A DNA stretch of 32,972 nucleotides from assembly GCA_001655205.1 (NCBI GenBank), contig LPNZ01004925.1:1-32972 (forward strand), given 5' to 3'. The translations under genes were made by a program, and so were the position numbers. The notes beneath the pieces are model-generated. The model was not told the DNA's origin and made no database searches. It saw only the letters and a list, made by a program, of their open reading frames with translations. Below, piece after piece: positions 10,782 to 22,500 of the stretch. This DNA is from Lenisia limosa (Eukaryota; Protista; Breviatea). Positions within the stretch are counted from its first letter, which is position 1; the number at the start of each line of letters is the position of its first letter.

Positions 10782-12898
10782 ATGACACTTGTTAATGTTG
10801 TTGAACTCTTGTCTGCTTGCGCTGATGCTGCTGAAAAGGTACGGTTTAAACTAAGAGTGGGAGGAAAATATGCAGTGGAAGAAAATACAGCAAACTCACT
10901 GCACGTAGGTGGCCACTATCATACAGGACGTGCAAAAAAGCAAGGAACTGAATGTACAATATAAGGGTGTTGATGACCCAATGACCCAGGTTTGAGGAGA
11001 TGGTGAGGAAAGGTGGAGGGGCTGATTATTTATTAATTGATCACACCTTTTTTTCTAACATTAATGAATTAGGCTGATATCGACGCTCAACAAATGATTG
11101 TTTCTGGTTTGTGAGAGATTATGTTCATATGTGGTAGGATGGACACTTCTTTGGGTCTTGTATCATATGGAAATAATTGTTCACTTTGATGTCATCTCGT
11201 TTTTATTGCACTTAATCATGCTTTTTTAACACCATAGTTTGGTTGTCTTTGTTTACTTCTGTATATTGCCATCACAACTCTATTAACTTTTAGGGCTTCA
11301 AAATCGCTGGCAAAACCTGGTGATCATTGGAGAAGAGGAGTGTCCCCTTATCACCACCGACTTTATGCCAAAGGTGTTATAATTTGCAATATTAGATTTA
11401 TAATACATGTAAAACTCCATTTTGACTCCCTAGATTGACCGTTTTGCTGAAATGACTGTTCCTACCGCTCTCCAATCTGTAGATACTTCAAGAATTGGTG
11501 GGCTTCCAATTTAGTTGTTTTGGTTGCAACTCAAATAATGACACCTTTGACACTTTAGTTGTCTGGATTGACCCGCTTGACGGAACGCAGGAGTACATTG
11601 CAGGTCGTCTTGGTAGCGTCACCACCCTTATTGGTAGGCATTCAGTTGGCAAGATTTCTACGATAGGGGATAAAGGGGTAATAGGGGGGGGGGGGNNNNN
11701 NNNNNNNNNNNNNNNNNNNNNNNNNNNNNNNNNNNNNNNNNNNNNNNNNNNNNNNNNNNNNNNNNNNNNNNNNNNNNNNNNNNNNNNNNNTACAATATCT
11801 GAAATATTTCGTTCGTAGTCTTAATTTTCAGGAATCAGTGTTGACGGGGTGGCAGTTGCTGGTGTGGTTTCACGCCCATTTGTCTTTCATGAAAATGGCA
11901 AAATCAAGCTATACACTGCTTGTGGTGAGAGGAGGGTTGTGTTCTTCACTTATAGTTTTATTTTCTGCGACTAGTTTTTCTTTGACCTCTCCCCCATCTT
12001 TTGACTGAATAAAACAAAGTTCATTTTTCAACAAGACCTCTTCGCTATCAGTGCAACAATCGCAGTTACAATTGTAGAGGGCCTTGGTGCTTTCGGTTTA
12101 GAGTCAGCACAGCGTCCTGAAGGCCGGTTGTGCGTGGTCTCCTCCTTGAATCACCATAATGAGCAAGTAGAGGCTGGAAACAAGTATGAGGGAGAAAAGA
12201 AAATTTTGGTGATAAATGCAATTATTACGTCGTCCTATCCATATTCATGTTCTTTTCATCATTATTAAGAAAAATTGGAGCAACGGAAATCCTCCGAAAG
12301 GGAGGTGCCGGTAATAAAGTAAGCCATACCTGTTGTGTACCCAGCCTGATATTATCACCATTTTTGAGTTCCCAACCCCCTTTATCTCATTCTTTTTAGA
12401 CTATTTTGGTTGGCGAAGGAGATGCGGAGGCCTATGTCTACGCTAGAGCTGGAACAAAGAAATGGGATACATGTGCACCAGCTGCTGTTCTTCGTGTAAG
12501 CTGGCCCTTTGGATAATATATTGTTCACGTTTGTTTGTGTCTTTGCAAAATCTACAACACTTAGGAATCCACTGTTCAAATGGTTTTCTTTTATTAATTG
12601 TTTCAGGCCTTGGGAGGAGATATTGTGGCACCTGATGGGACTGCTTTGAAGTATGACGCCAATGCTGAGGTGATTGGTGGTGCAACAAATGACTACTATT
12701 GGGCCAGACACACTAATACGAATGAAATATATAATACATCACACGAACTGTGGCCGTTTTGATATTTCAGGTTATGAATTCTAAGGGTTTAATTGCATGT
12801 GCGGACATGAAGCTTCTTGAGGTATGAGGGCTTGGTTTTTAGAATTATTTGTTTTAAAAGTAACTGTTTAGGAGTTGGTACGCCGATTCAACGCTTAG
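10782..12898 (+). CDS. BPNT1: 3'(2'),5'-bisphosphate nucleotidase 1 (FIG / inositol monophosphatase superfamily), about 13 exons
   Basis: Motifs DPMTQADIDAQQMI, IIGEE, VWIDPLDGTQEY, VTTLIGISVDG..VAGVV, GGAGNK, KKWDTCAPAAVL and NSKGLIA. There is no N-terminal TM anchor, so it is the cytosolic type rather than IMPAD1/BPNT2. Last exon ELVRRFNA ends at TAG 12896-12898. An N gap lies in an intron. Confidence 0.9.
11696..11790. other. Assembly gap after G12 (BPNT1 intron)
   Basis: Run of N. Confidence 1.
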
Positions 12899-12934
12899 TC
12901 TATGCAGAAGGGATATAGATATTTATATACCAAC

Positions 12935-13044
12935 NNNNNNNNNNNNNNNNNNNNNNNNNNNNNNNNNNNNNNNNNNNNNNNNNNNNNNNNNNNNNNNNNN
13001 NNNNNNNNNNNNNNNNNNNNNNNNNNNNNNNNNNNNNNNNNNNN
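12935..13044. other. Assembly gap between convergent genes
   Basis: Run of N. Confidence 1.
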
Positions 13045-13175
13045 AACAATACTTAAATAGAGGGAAACATGAAACAACAAAACTCGAAAACAAAAAAAAA
13101 CTCAAAAATGTATACCTACAGAGTGAGACAGAACAGGGATAAATGAATCAAGAAGGCATTTAAGAAGTGGCATAC

Positions 13176-14719
13176 CTAAGTCAGCTCTGAACCCAGGCTA
13201 AAATCCTCAGTTGAATCATCAGCTGAGGACATCATACTGCTTGTCATTCGCTTGCTATGTCGCCGCTTGCCACTGAGTCTGTAGAAAGTGACAGGGAAAT
13301 ATAGTAAAGTTAAAATTGAGTTCCCCCGTACTTAACCCGGTGATGAGCCGCTCCCCGTGTGGCTGCTGCATCTGCACATGGGGCGTTGGGGATGACTAAG
13401 TCTGCATCCGTGATCTAAAGTTAATTATCAACAATAGGTCCATTTCATAACAGCAAGAAATATCAGAAAACATATAATAATACATATATTGCCAAAAAAA
13501 ATATCTTTACCTCAAAAGCTGTCAGAGAATGTTGACTTTGGTACTGACTCACTAAAAACAAATGAAAACCGTTTCGCAATGGTTGTTTTTTTTTGTTATT
13601 GAAAATAGAAACATGAACAATATCTTGATATACAGCTCAAAAAGACTCATGGGCAAAGTGATCCCCACCAACACCCAGGTGATGGGGTGCGTCCCGAGTG
13701 CAACCGTAAATTCTCGCTATTCAGAGTGGCAGTGGTTGGTGTGCCATGTGAAAGGCTAGGAAATGACCCTGGTGATCTAAAGAGTCAAAAAAGGTGTTGA
13801 AATTAACAACATCCAAATTAAGAGTGCCTTAAGCATTAGCATGCAAACCGAGAAAGAGAAGCGAGGGACCCATGAGAGTGTGCAGAACTCATGGAAGGGA
13901 AGTTTGGCTTAGTTTTGCGGGCAATTGCTCCTCTTAACATTCCCTTCATCACTTCTATTTTGGTTAAAGAGCCAAATTAGTCCATCTTTGGAATCATTAT
14001 GTCAAAATACAACATGAAATATGGACAACTTACTTGCCATTTCTGTCGCTTCTTCCTGTGATAGCACGTCCTAAAACAATCAAATTTCGCTCATTTCCTC
14101 CTCAAGCTTTTGCAAATCTATTCTGCTTCTTTGACATACCTTTGCAAGCTGTCGGCTCATTTCATCTTGTTCACTAAAAATAAATCAAGAAAGACCAAAT
14201 TTCAAGCTGAGAACCAAATTTGCATATCTATTGTAAGCCCAACATAGATGCACATACCAAACATGAGTACCCGAGGAAGTTGGTCTCAGTAACCCTTGAT
14301 CCTCAGCTGAACAATTAGAAGAGAGTCTTCTGGAATGCAGTATCAAGGTATTCTTTGTTATACTTACCGGGTTGTGTTACATCAAGTTGCGAATCCAGTT
14401 CAACAGCAGGAAGATCCTTAGGGTTGTTTTCTTTTATTTTAGAGTCCAGGGGAGGAAGTGGTGAAGTGGCATTCTCTGTAAATGTATGAAAAAAGAAGAA
14501 TAAAAATAAGTGGAATCATCTGTTCAAATTCCGCCAACCTGCTGCTGCTATAGAGAGAGACGAGTTTCCAGTTTCAGATTTTGAACGTGTGTCTTTCGAG
14601 GCAAAACACCCCATTTAGCTTGGGTTGCTTTTGGCGTTGGCTTCACCTTCTGCTCATTTCTTGGCCTTCGGTCTTCAATGAAATCAAATTGAAATATTAT
14701 ATCAGAGACCCATATCCAT
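13176..14719 (-). CDS. Hypothetical Ser-rich low-complexity protein with one degenerate IQ-like motif
   Basis: Phase-consistent GT-AG exon chain: MDMDRRPRNEQK..., ENATSPLPPLDSK..., DVLSQEEATEMAKVMKGMLRGAIARK, SPGSFPSLSHGTPT..., LSGKRRHSKRMTSS...SELT, ending at TAG. No family recognised; start and stop are both uncertain. Confidence 0.6.
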
Positions 14720-14847
14720 CCTTTCAGGCCAACGCAAAACAATAATTCACAAAAGAACAGCCCTAATGATGGTTTTGACCAAGATTGACAGTCACTTCCC
14801 TTCCAACAACTTGTTGGTTTGCTGAGAGCTTGAATTCAAGTTCGATA

Positions 14848-17800
14848 ATGGAGAGGCAGAGACGAGAGAGGTTGGATGATTTGCAAGATGGTTGGAAAAA
14901 GATCGTTGGATCAATGGAGCAGGATTGCAGGGCAGAAGAAGGAGGCAAAGAGGAGAAGAGAGAGGGGCAGCATGGGGAGGAAGGATCCTCGGTCGGAAGC
15001 ATCGGGTAGTTCAGTTCACAATAAAAAACCATCGGACAAGGCCCCACACGGGTGGACGAGAACGATGGTGGGCTTATCATTAGACAGCCCACTGCATTCA
15101 TTGCATAAAAAGCAGCGTTTGGCAGCTGACAAATTGAGTAAAATTGATATCGTTCTCCCCGCTGATACAAGGTATATTTGAGGTTACCTATCTTGCTATT
15201 AACATTTATGTAGTATTCTAATTGAAGCTTGCTTTAAATACTCCTCTATTGCGGATGTTTTAAAAAATACTCGCTTCTCTAAGACGTATACTGTCAGTGA
15301 TTTGGAGTCTGCCTGGCTGAAACTGCTTTATGGTACTAAAGGAGCTAGTTGGTCTGAAGAAGAGGAACAAACACTCTTTCAACACGTTACAAAGCCGGAC
15401 TTTGAGGGGTTTGAAAACCTTCTCAGTACCTACAGGCATAATTTTCATCCAACAAGAACTGTTCGTGCCCTTGAGTCTTACTACTTCCGCGTCTTAAAGA
15501 AAAATACAACTGAAGGTAGGTGACCGTTTTGTATCATGTTGATGCTTTTGTCTCAACAACAAAAACGTGTTAGAAATAACATTCAGGTTTTTTCTACTGT
15601 CTTAAATCTAATTTTGTGTGAAATGACATAATATATCTTATGACTTTTTTTTCGGTTCCTTTCACTATTATTTCTGGTGAACTATATATCATATCATAAT
15701 TTTAACATATTATTGATAGCATCATCCTAACACCTTAGTTGCCGAGAAAGAGAAGGCAAAGAAGGAAGGGAGACGGGTAGAGGCTGAGGTTGCAGCACAA
15801 GGCAAAGAAATGGCAAATCAAGAGTTTCAGGTGGGTCATTACTGGTTGTAGCTAATGGTGGAGTATTTAATAATAATATACTATATATGATATATATTAC
15901 TATATGATATATTACTATATGATATATTATATATTTTATTTCATATATGATGATTTGTGGTGTAGATATTGATTTTTATATTATGTTACATTTCAGACCA
16001 TGCTAAAAGACGTTGAGAAGTTACGTCAGCCACCAACTGCGCTTGAGTATTGCAGAAAAGCCTATCTTGCCCATCTTGACGAGATCCAAGATCTAGAAGA
16101 TCAGCTGGGTATCATAAATCAGACATCCTTACTCTCAGAAGGCTCCAACTTCAAGGTATATCTTCTAATCAAGTGGTTAACTTCAGCTCTTCTGGATAAG
16201 GTGTCATTTTACTTCAACATTTCTCATGTTGCAGGAGAACGTTGGTTCTGGGGAAAGGAGTGTCAGGAGTGCCATGATTCAAGGAGCCAAAACAACTTGG
16301 GTATTGACCAGATCTGCAGTTAGTGGGAAAGTGATTTCTTAAAAAGATACTTGGTTAGAGGTGAATATTGTGGGTAAAAAAGACAATAATTTTAAAACGC
16401 TGTAGGTCACAATTGGTCGTGGAGCGGTGGGAACTTCGCCAGATATCGATCTCTCCCTAGAAACCCCGGACACTGGAATTTCTCGAAAGCAGGCGGTTTT
16501 ACAAGCGGAGCCTACTGGCGTCTGGGTACTTACCAACACTGGGCAGGCAGTATGTGGGAATATTGTAAGACTGCATTATCAAAACCTTGTCATGTTGTGA
16601 TTTATTCAAGTCAATTTACCGGTTGTAGACTGTTTTTGTCAACGGAACGGCTGTTGCCAATGGCTCTCCAATTTTAATCCCCGACCGTGCTGTTATCCAG
16701 GTTTGTGGTGCGGTAAAATCACCATTGCAATCTCTTTTTTTTTTTTTCTTTTTTTATCATATATGATTTCCATATCACCATCAATTTCTTTAGATTCGCT
16801 CCCTCTCCCTTCTTTTTGATCTTGGACCCCCACCAATAACCAAAGATGCTTCTAAACCTTTGAAACAAGAAAGCCCCCAGCTCGCTGGTTTGTTTTTCTC
16901 CTTCAACTGTTGTTGCTCACGTTGACTGAATAATCCCTTTATTGCTCTAGATATTTCTGCCTCCACACCGCCATCCGAAGTTGAGCTTTCTGACAACAGC
17001 AAAGTCATTTCTCCTTCTTTCCAAGATATCACAAAGAAAGATTCAGAAACATTATCAACACCCTCTTCAGAATGTAAACATCAGGAGGCTCCCGGAGATT
17101 ATGTTCATGAAAATGATTCCTGTAATACTATTAAAGGAGATGTACACAAAAAAGATGAAGTTAATACTTCTGTTGGCACCACAAAAGAGGAGGATACGGG
17201 CCTGACTCTTTCATCAGAGATCCATGTTCAAATACCTCAAGAAGAATATGGTGACCAAGGTATGTTTCATATGTTTTCTTCAAAAAAGGTCCTTGAAATC
17301 AAGTGAACACAACTCACCCCCCCCCCCNNNNNNNNNNNNNNNNNNNNNNNNNNNNNNNNNNNNNNNNNNNNNNNNNNNNNNNNNNNNNAGCACAGTTAGT
17401 TGGAAATCGCTTCTTTGTGTAATAGTGCGATCTCTAGAGGCAGACTTCTGTTTTCTGATTTATTTATTGACTCCAGCAATCTCTACCAAAATGGAACTGG
17501 CCCAATCTCCCTCTCCAAAGCCAAAAAAACAGCCCCCACTTCCAGCCCCCTTTGACCCCGCCTCTTCTCCATTGCTTCTCCCCCAATTTGCGGGATCTGG
17601 TGTGTTAGACTGTGTTTGGTTGACAGCTTGGACTTAGAGCTTCATGCTCATCTTTAACTAATTTCCTGTTCTTTTTCCTGTTTATTATTTAGACTCGTCC
17701 AAGTTCTTGTCCACTCCGTCATTGAATCTCAGCCCATCAATTTCGAGGAAGCCTGAAAAGCGGGCTGCTGTTGTGGTGTCTCCATTAAAATCCCGGATTA

Positions 17801-19435
17801 ATCCTCCCTCCGTTTCACCTGTCTCTTCGTGAGGAGGGGATAGTAGATTAGTGCAATAATTGACTTTAGATGGCACTTTTTCTAACTTGCATTAGATCCC
17901 AGATTCCTTCCCAGTCATTGCGTCCCCCAGTTTCAGCCAACCTGTCTCCAAGTTGGTTGCGAGTGTTAATTTGAAGGGTACTAGAAAAAATTGATGATAA
18001 TATTTTTGTACCTCAGTAACAATGAATATTTGACATGGGCTTTTTAAACCATCGAGAATCTCTTGTATCCTTGCAATATTCGTATTTTGAGGTGGTTTGC
18101 CCATCACCGCTCAGGGAACTTTGTAAACAGCTCTCCACACTCAGGAGGAGCAATGGTGATTGACCTCCAGGCACCCAACAAAAAGGCAGTGTCCTCACCG
18201 AACCTCAAAGTTTGTGGGAAGAGTGTCACAGTTTGATGTAATTTTGAGGGGTAGAGTCCTTGAAAGTTAAGTCCTTTTTTTTATCCCTTCCCAGAGAAAG
18301 GCTCCAAATATGTTGGCCTCGCAAACGTCTCCGGTATGATTGAGGGGTTGCCTCTTGTTCTAGAGCTAGCGAAAATGAGACTGCCTTTTATCAATCTTTT
18401 TATCGGTCAAATCTTCGTGCAATAGAGTTGATATTCTTTCGGTCAAATCTTCGTGCCGAAATTCACTTTCTCCTCCAGGCGAAATTGCTTCAGCCACCTC
18501 CACAACCTTCAGTCATCCAAAAGCCTGTTACTGCTTCTCTCGCGTATGTCTCATTGCTAAGAAAACCAAATTTCCCGTTATTTCATTCTTTTCTCCCTTT
18601 TGACATCAGCGCTATCTCGTAACGGGTTCAGAAGCCGCCCCTTAGTAATTGCTTCACGAAACGCTTCCCCACCAGCCTGTCTTTCCCGTGGCTCACCTCC
18701 AAGGTCTGAATGAATGTATTGTGTTTTTTCTATTACTCTTTCCCTTCATTGAAATAGGTCCCCTTCAGGCCAAAAGTACCGTTCTCCCTCGCCTGAAGCT
18801 TTCCCCCTCTCATTGTCGCCGTCTCCTCCGTCATTATTTCCCAACAACTGTCTCATCACAAACTGCCTTTCCAAACCCATGGTTGGTTTGAAGATCTTAA
18901 GTACTTGAGATGACTTATCAAGAAATGTCCACTGTTGTATTACCATAATAACATTTCTAGGCTGGTTCTCAATCTTCGACGTCAATCTCCCAGAAAAGAA
19001 GTAAAGCGTCACCCCCCTCCATGTGAGTCTTGCTCGATTTACTTTTCTTTCTCTGACAATTTAGTGTTCCAGAAAAGAAAGGGAGCCCTTCCAGTACTTC
19101 AAACAGTGGGTCAATATGCTTTCTTTTCAGTATCTCGAGGTTTTATTGATATGATTCCTTGATTTAACTTCCTCTTCAGACACCGTTTTCTCTCCATACA
19201 CAGCACCCTCACCTAAGCCGAGGCTTTCTGACTTTGGATACCTGCCGCCAATTCCACAGGTAAACTTCATGATCATCTACCCTTTCCTATAGTATATATA
19301 AGTTTATCACATTAGATTTCGGCCTTGATTGATACGGTTCCGAAGATATCTTTGCCCCCGCAGCCTGGTGCTCTTCATTTGGACCTCGAAGCTCCTGTAA
19401 TCACCCCCATTGACCCCAAGTTGCTACAGCCCTAG
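14848..19435 (+). CDS. MCRS1: Microspherule protein 1-like (MCRS N-terminal region + FHA domain) with a long Ser/Pro-rich C-terminal extension
   Basis: DLESAWLKLLYG..SWSEEEEQTLF..FENLLSTYRHNFHPTRTVRALESYY resembles MCRS1 (WYALLYD; FSKAEEQLL..FQDLL..FYLARTAKALQAHW). The FHA reads VTIGRG..DIDLSLE..ISRKQ..TNTG..VFVNG. Downstream S/P-rich exons splice in phase to TAG 19433-19435. Confidence 0.78.
17328..17388. other. Assembly gap after C11 (MCRS1-like intron)
   Basis: Run of N. Confidence 1.
18403..18456 (+). repeat. 18-bp perfect direct repeat in an MCRS1-like intron
   Basis: TCGGTCAAATCTTCGTGC at 18403 and 18439. Confidence 0.9.
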
Positions 19436-19500
19436 TTTATTGTAGTTGTTCTACTTACCTCTCATTTTGTCATCTATAATATTACATAAAACAAAAATAC

Positions 19501-22500
19501 TTAAGCAGACAGAATATTTACATTTTTGTAGTAGGAGGAAACCTTGTCCACAACCTTGGGTGAAATGTCAGCAACAGGGTATATCTAAAGCCAATAAGGA
19601 GAATATGGTAAAAATGGGAAATCATCACGCTTATAAGAGGTATTGATTTTTGTAATTCACCCAAAAATTTGCTTTACTACTTCACATGGCATATGAATAA
19701 AGATTATTATGCAGGAAAAGCTGAAGAAACCCATGCCAACCTGGCCTGGAACGTAGCTTGGTTGGCATAAACTTTCCGCACTCGTCAAAGTGAATCCAAA
19801 GACTTGATTGGGTGAACATCCTGGAAAAGAGTCAGAGAAATTTTGATGGAAAGATCACCCTGCCAACCTGGACCGCCATAATAGAAACCGTCGTTTGATT
19901 TCCAAAATCTGAGGAGAAAGTGATTTTTTACAAAAGAATCCTACTTTTGAGGCGTTTGGCTTGCGTCGCATTTAGAACTAATGGCTGCAGTGATATCAAC
20001 CTAACACCATCAACTTACTTCAGTTTAAAGACATTTGAAAAGCAAAATTGAAATGAAGACACGAAACACACACATACAGGGGTAGAAACTATACCGGCCA
20101 CGCCAGGGAGAGCATCGCTCCCACCGCTGCAGCCAAGAATTTTGCCTTCATCTGAAAATTAAATTCGTTCACTTGAAGTGAGAATATGCAAACAATATTT
20201 ACAAAGGAGAAAGCACAGAATACAATGACTCTTTCCCATCAAACCAGTAATGAACAAACACATTGACCTGGAGCAAAGCAGCTGGTCTGTGTGGCCTTGG
20301 AGCTCATTGCTAACATTGTCATTTGCCTGATAGGTGAGGTTTAACCACGTGAGAAGTACAAAGAAGCCCAATTACAAGAGTGAAGGCAGCACTGCTTGTC
20401 GTTGAGCAGAAGCCATTAAATGCTGAGGATAGAGTTGATCGTCCATAGACTTTCTTTGCGTCTAAAGCTACTTAGACGCATTCCAAAGACCAACAGAGTC
20501 GTCATAGTATTAATATGATTACAGAATGGCTTCGGCTACCCTTTTTCTCTCATCTCAGTAGAGGCAATAGCATTTACTTCATACTTGAAACAACAATAAG
20601 GCTGTAGTAAGACAGAGAAATATGTGCAATGGTTTCGCCTGCCTGACAGGTAAGAAAAGACACTAAATGAGATGATTATCCTGACTTGACAAAGAATAAA
20701 AAAAATCATACTGGGAGAGTGGTGTCAAGAAGTTGAGAAGATGTGGGGGTTCCACCATCAGCAAGGTGCTTATAGCTATTCGTTCCAGCACCGAAGATGG
20801 TCATATCATCTAAAATTGTCAAAGCAACACGGAAAAGAAATTAATGGAAAAAGTGCCCACCAAGGACAACAATGGTACAATGGGTGGCTAGTTGCAAGTC
20901 AACTGCGGTGCGCCCTACTGGAAGAGATGCCTAAACTATTACTGCTCACGCCACAATATGATTTATGAAATCAAAGCAAAGAGTATGATTTCGGAGTTTC
21001 TCAAATGTTCGTTTTCGGCGGTTCGTTCCTTTTTTTTATTTTGCAAAACACTTTTAAAAAATTGATTAATCTAAATGAACATTCGGGATAATATCGCAGG
21101 GTAATTCCCCATAAACAACTTCGGGTAAATTTTTTTTTAAAAAAATGCCCGTTTTCCCGACTCTTTTTTGGTTTTCGCTTTATTTCACCTTTTTGGGTTA
21201 CTACTGTAACTGCGCACCACCAAAACTGCCATATTGTCTATTGCAATTTAGCCTCAGATAGCCTCGGATAAGTAAGAGGAATTACTAAACATAATTTTTT
21301 TCATTTTTGCACAACCAAAAAGAGAAAACGGACTAAACCAGATCTTTGACCTACTTTAACAAGCGTGTTACTGTTATCTGTTGACGCTCTCAGTAATTGG
21401 TAGTTGCTGTTATAGCCCCAAAGTACCACGTCACCATCAGCTATTTAGTGAGGAATGAAAAGAGTAGCAATTAGATGGAATCCCTCCCACCAGTTCTAAA
21501 TCCATAATGAAGTGCTCCTGCCTCAAACTGAACAATAGTTGATGAAGCAAAAGCAGAAAAACTGGGATTTGTGGTGATGACTGTAATTGGATTGACTCCG
21601 CTGCTATCAACCTACACATGTGATAAACATGAAATCTTCTCTGAAATATTGAAATATTACCTCTGTATAAACTCTGCTGAGCAGATTTATCCACCCTGCT
21701 GCGCATATTTTGCTCCTCTTAACATTATGCAGGGAAATAGAATGTACAAAATGACAAAGAAAACTTGGTAGCAAAACCACTCACAACAAGTTGGGTATTT
21801 TGCCCGATGCATTTCAGCTCATCATCTTGAGCATGAAAAAATGAAAAAAAAAAAAAAAACTTGGAGATGTAAAAAATATCTTTTGCTTATCAAAAAGACC
21901 CCCTACTTTGAGTAATTGCACAGGTTGTGAGGTGTCCAGAAACTGAGAATTTGACCTTACCCCAAGAGGCCTCAAGGTCATTAACTGCAGGGTACAACAC
22001 TTCCGAAGATGACCCAGGCTTGAAGAATTAACAAGCCTTTTCAAGCCACTGATGCAAAAACAGTTCTCAACACTCACCACGGCCAGGGCGTTGCTATCAC
22101 CAGTGCCGCAAGTAAAGAACGTGTCTAATCAAGTTACATTTTTGGAAGACTCTTCAAAGGAAAATTCAGAGGTGTTTTCCCAAATGAATTGTTCAGACGA
22201 GGAAGTCAGAGCAAGCATGAGCATGGTTCATTAAGTGAAGCGAAGAGCCTACGTGCGCCGCAGCTGAAGTCAGAAGCAAAGTCACCATCATCTTGACATG
22301 TCGCTATTGGCGTTCCACTCATGTCCGGTTCACTGCAGCTTAATGAGCAAACCGTCCCGTAAATATATGAACCTGAGGGGTAAAAAGGTATCAAATCAAT
22401 CAATTCACTTTCTTGGAGGTAGTTTAGAAAATACAAAAATCGAGGAAGTTTACTATCGCATTCATTCCTCCTTAAGACCCCCCCCCCCCCNNNNNNNNNN

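Noticed and set aside
6972-12898. Two adjacent phosphatase genes as a functional cluster
   Set aside because: They have unrelated folds (histidine phosphatase versus FIG/IMPase) and different compartments, and I see no shared regulatory element.
18065-18130. GTATCCTTG resembling a U12-type intron donor
   Set aside because: The upstream segment has stops in all three frames from the available acceptor, and there is no TCCTTAAC branch site. It lies inside an ordinary intron.
20647-20660. Plus-strand CAG|GTAAGA donor suggesting an antisense gene
   Set aside because: It is the reverse complement of the pyrimidine tract and acceptor of a minus-strand intron, and no plus-strand exon chain is present.
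19501-20930. A separate RCC1 gene downstream of the Sushi gene
   Set aside because: There is no usable ATG, and a phase-0 splice from 21354 to 20931 produces a canonical-length RCC1 repeat, so one gene is more parsimonious.
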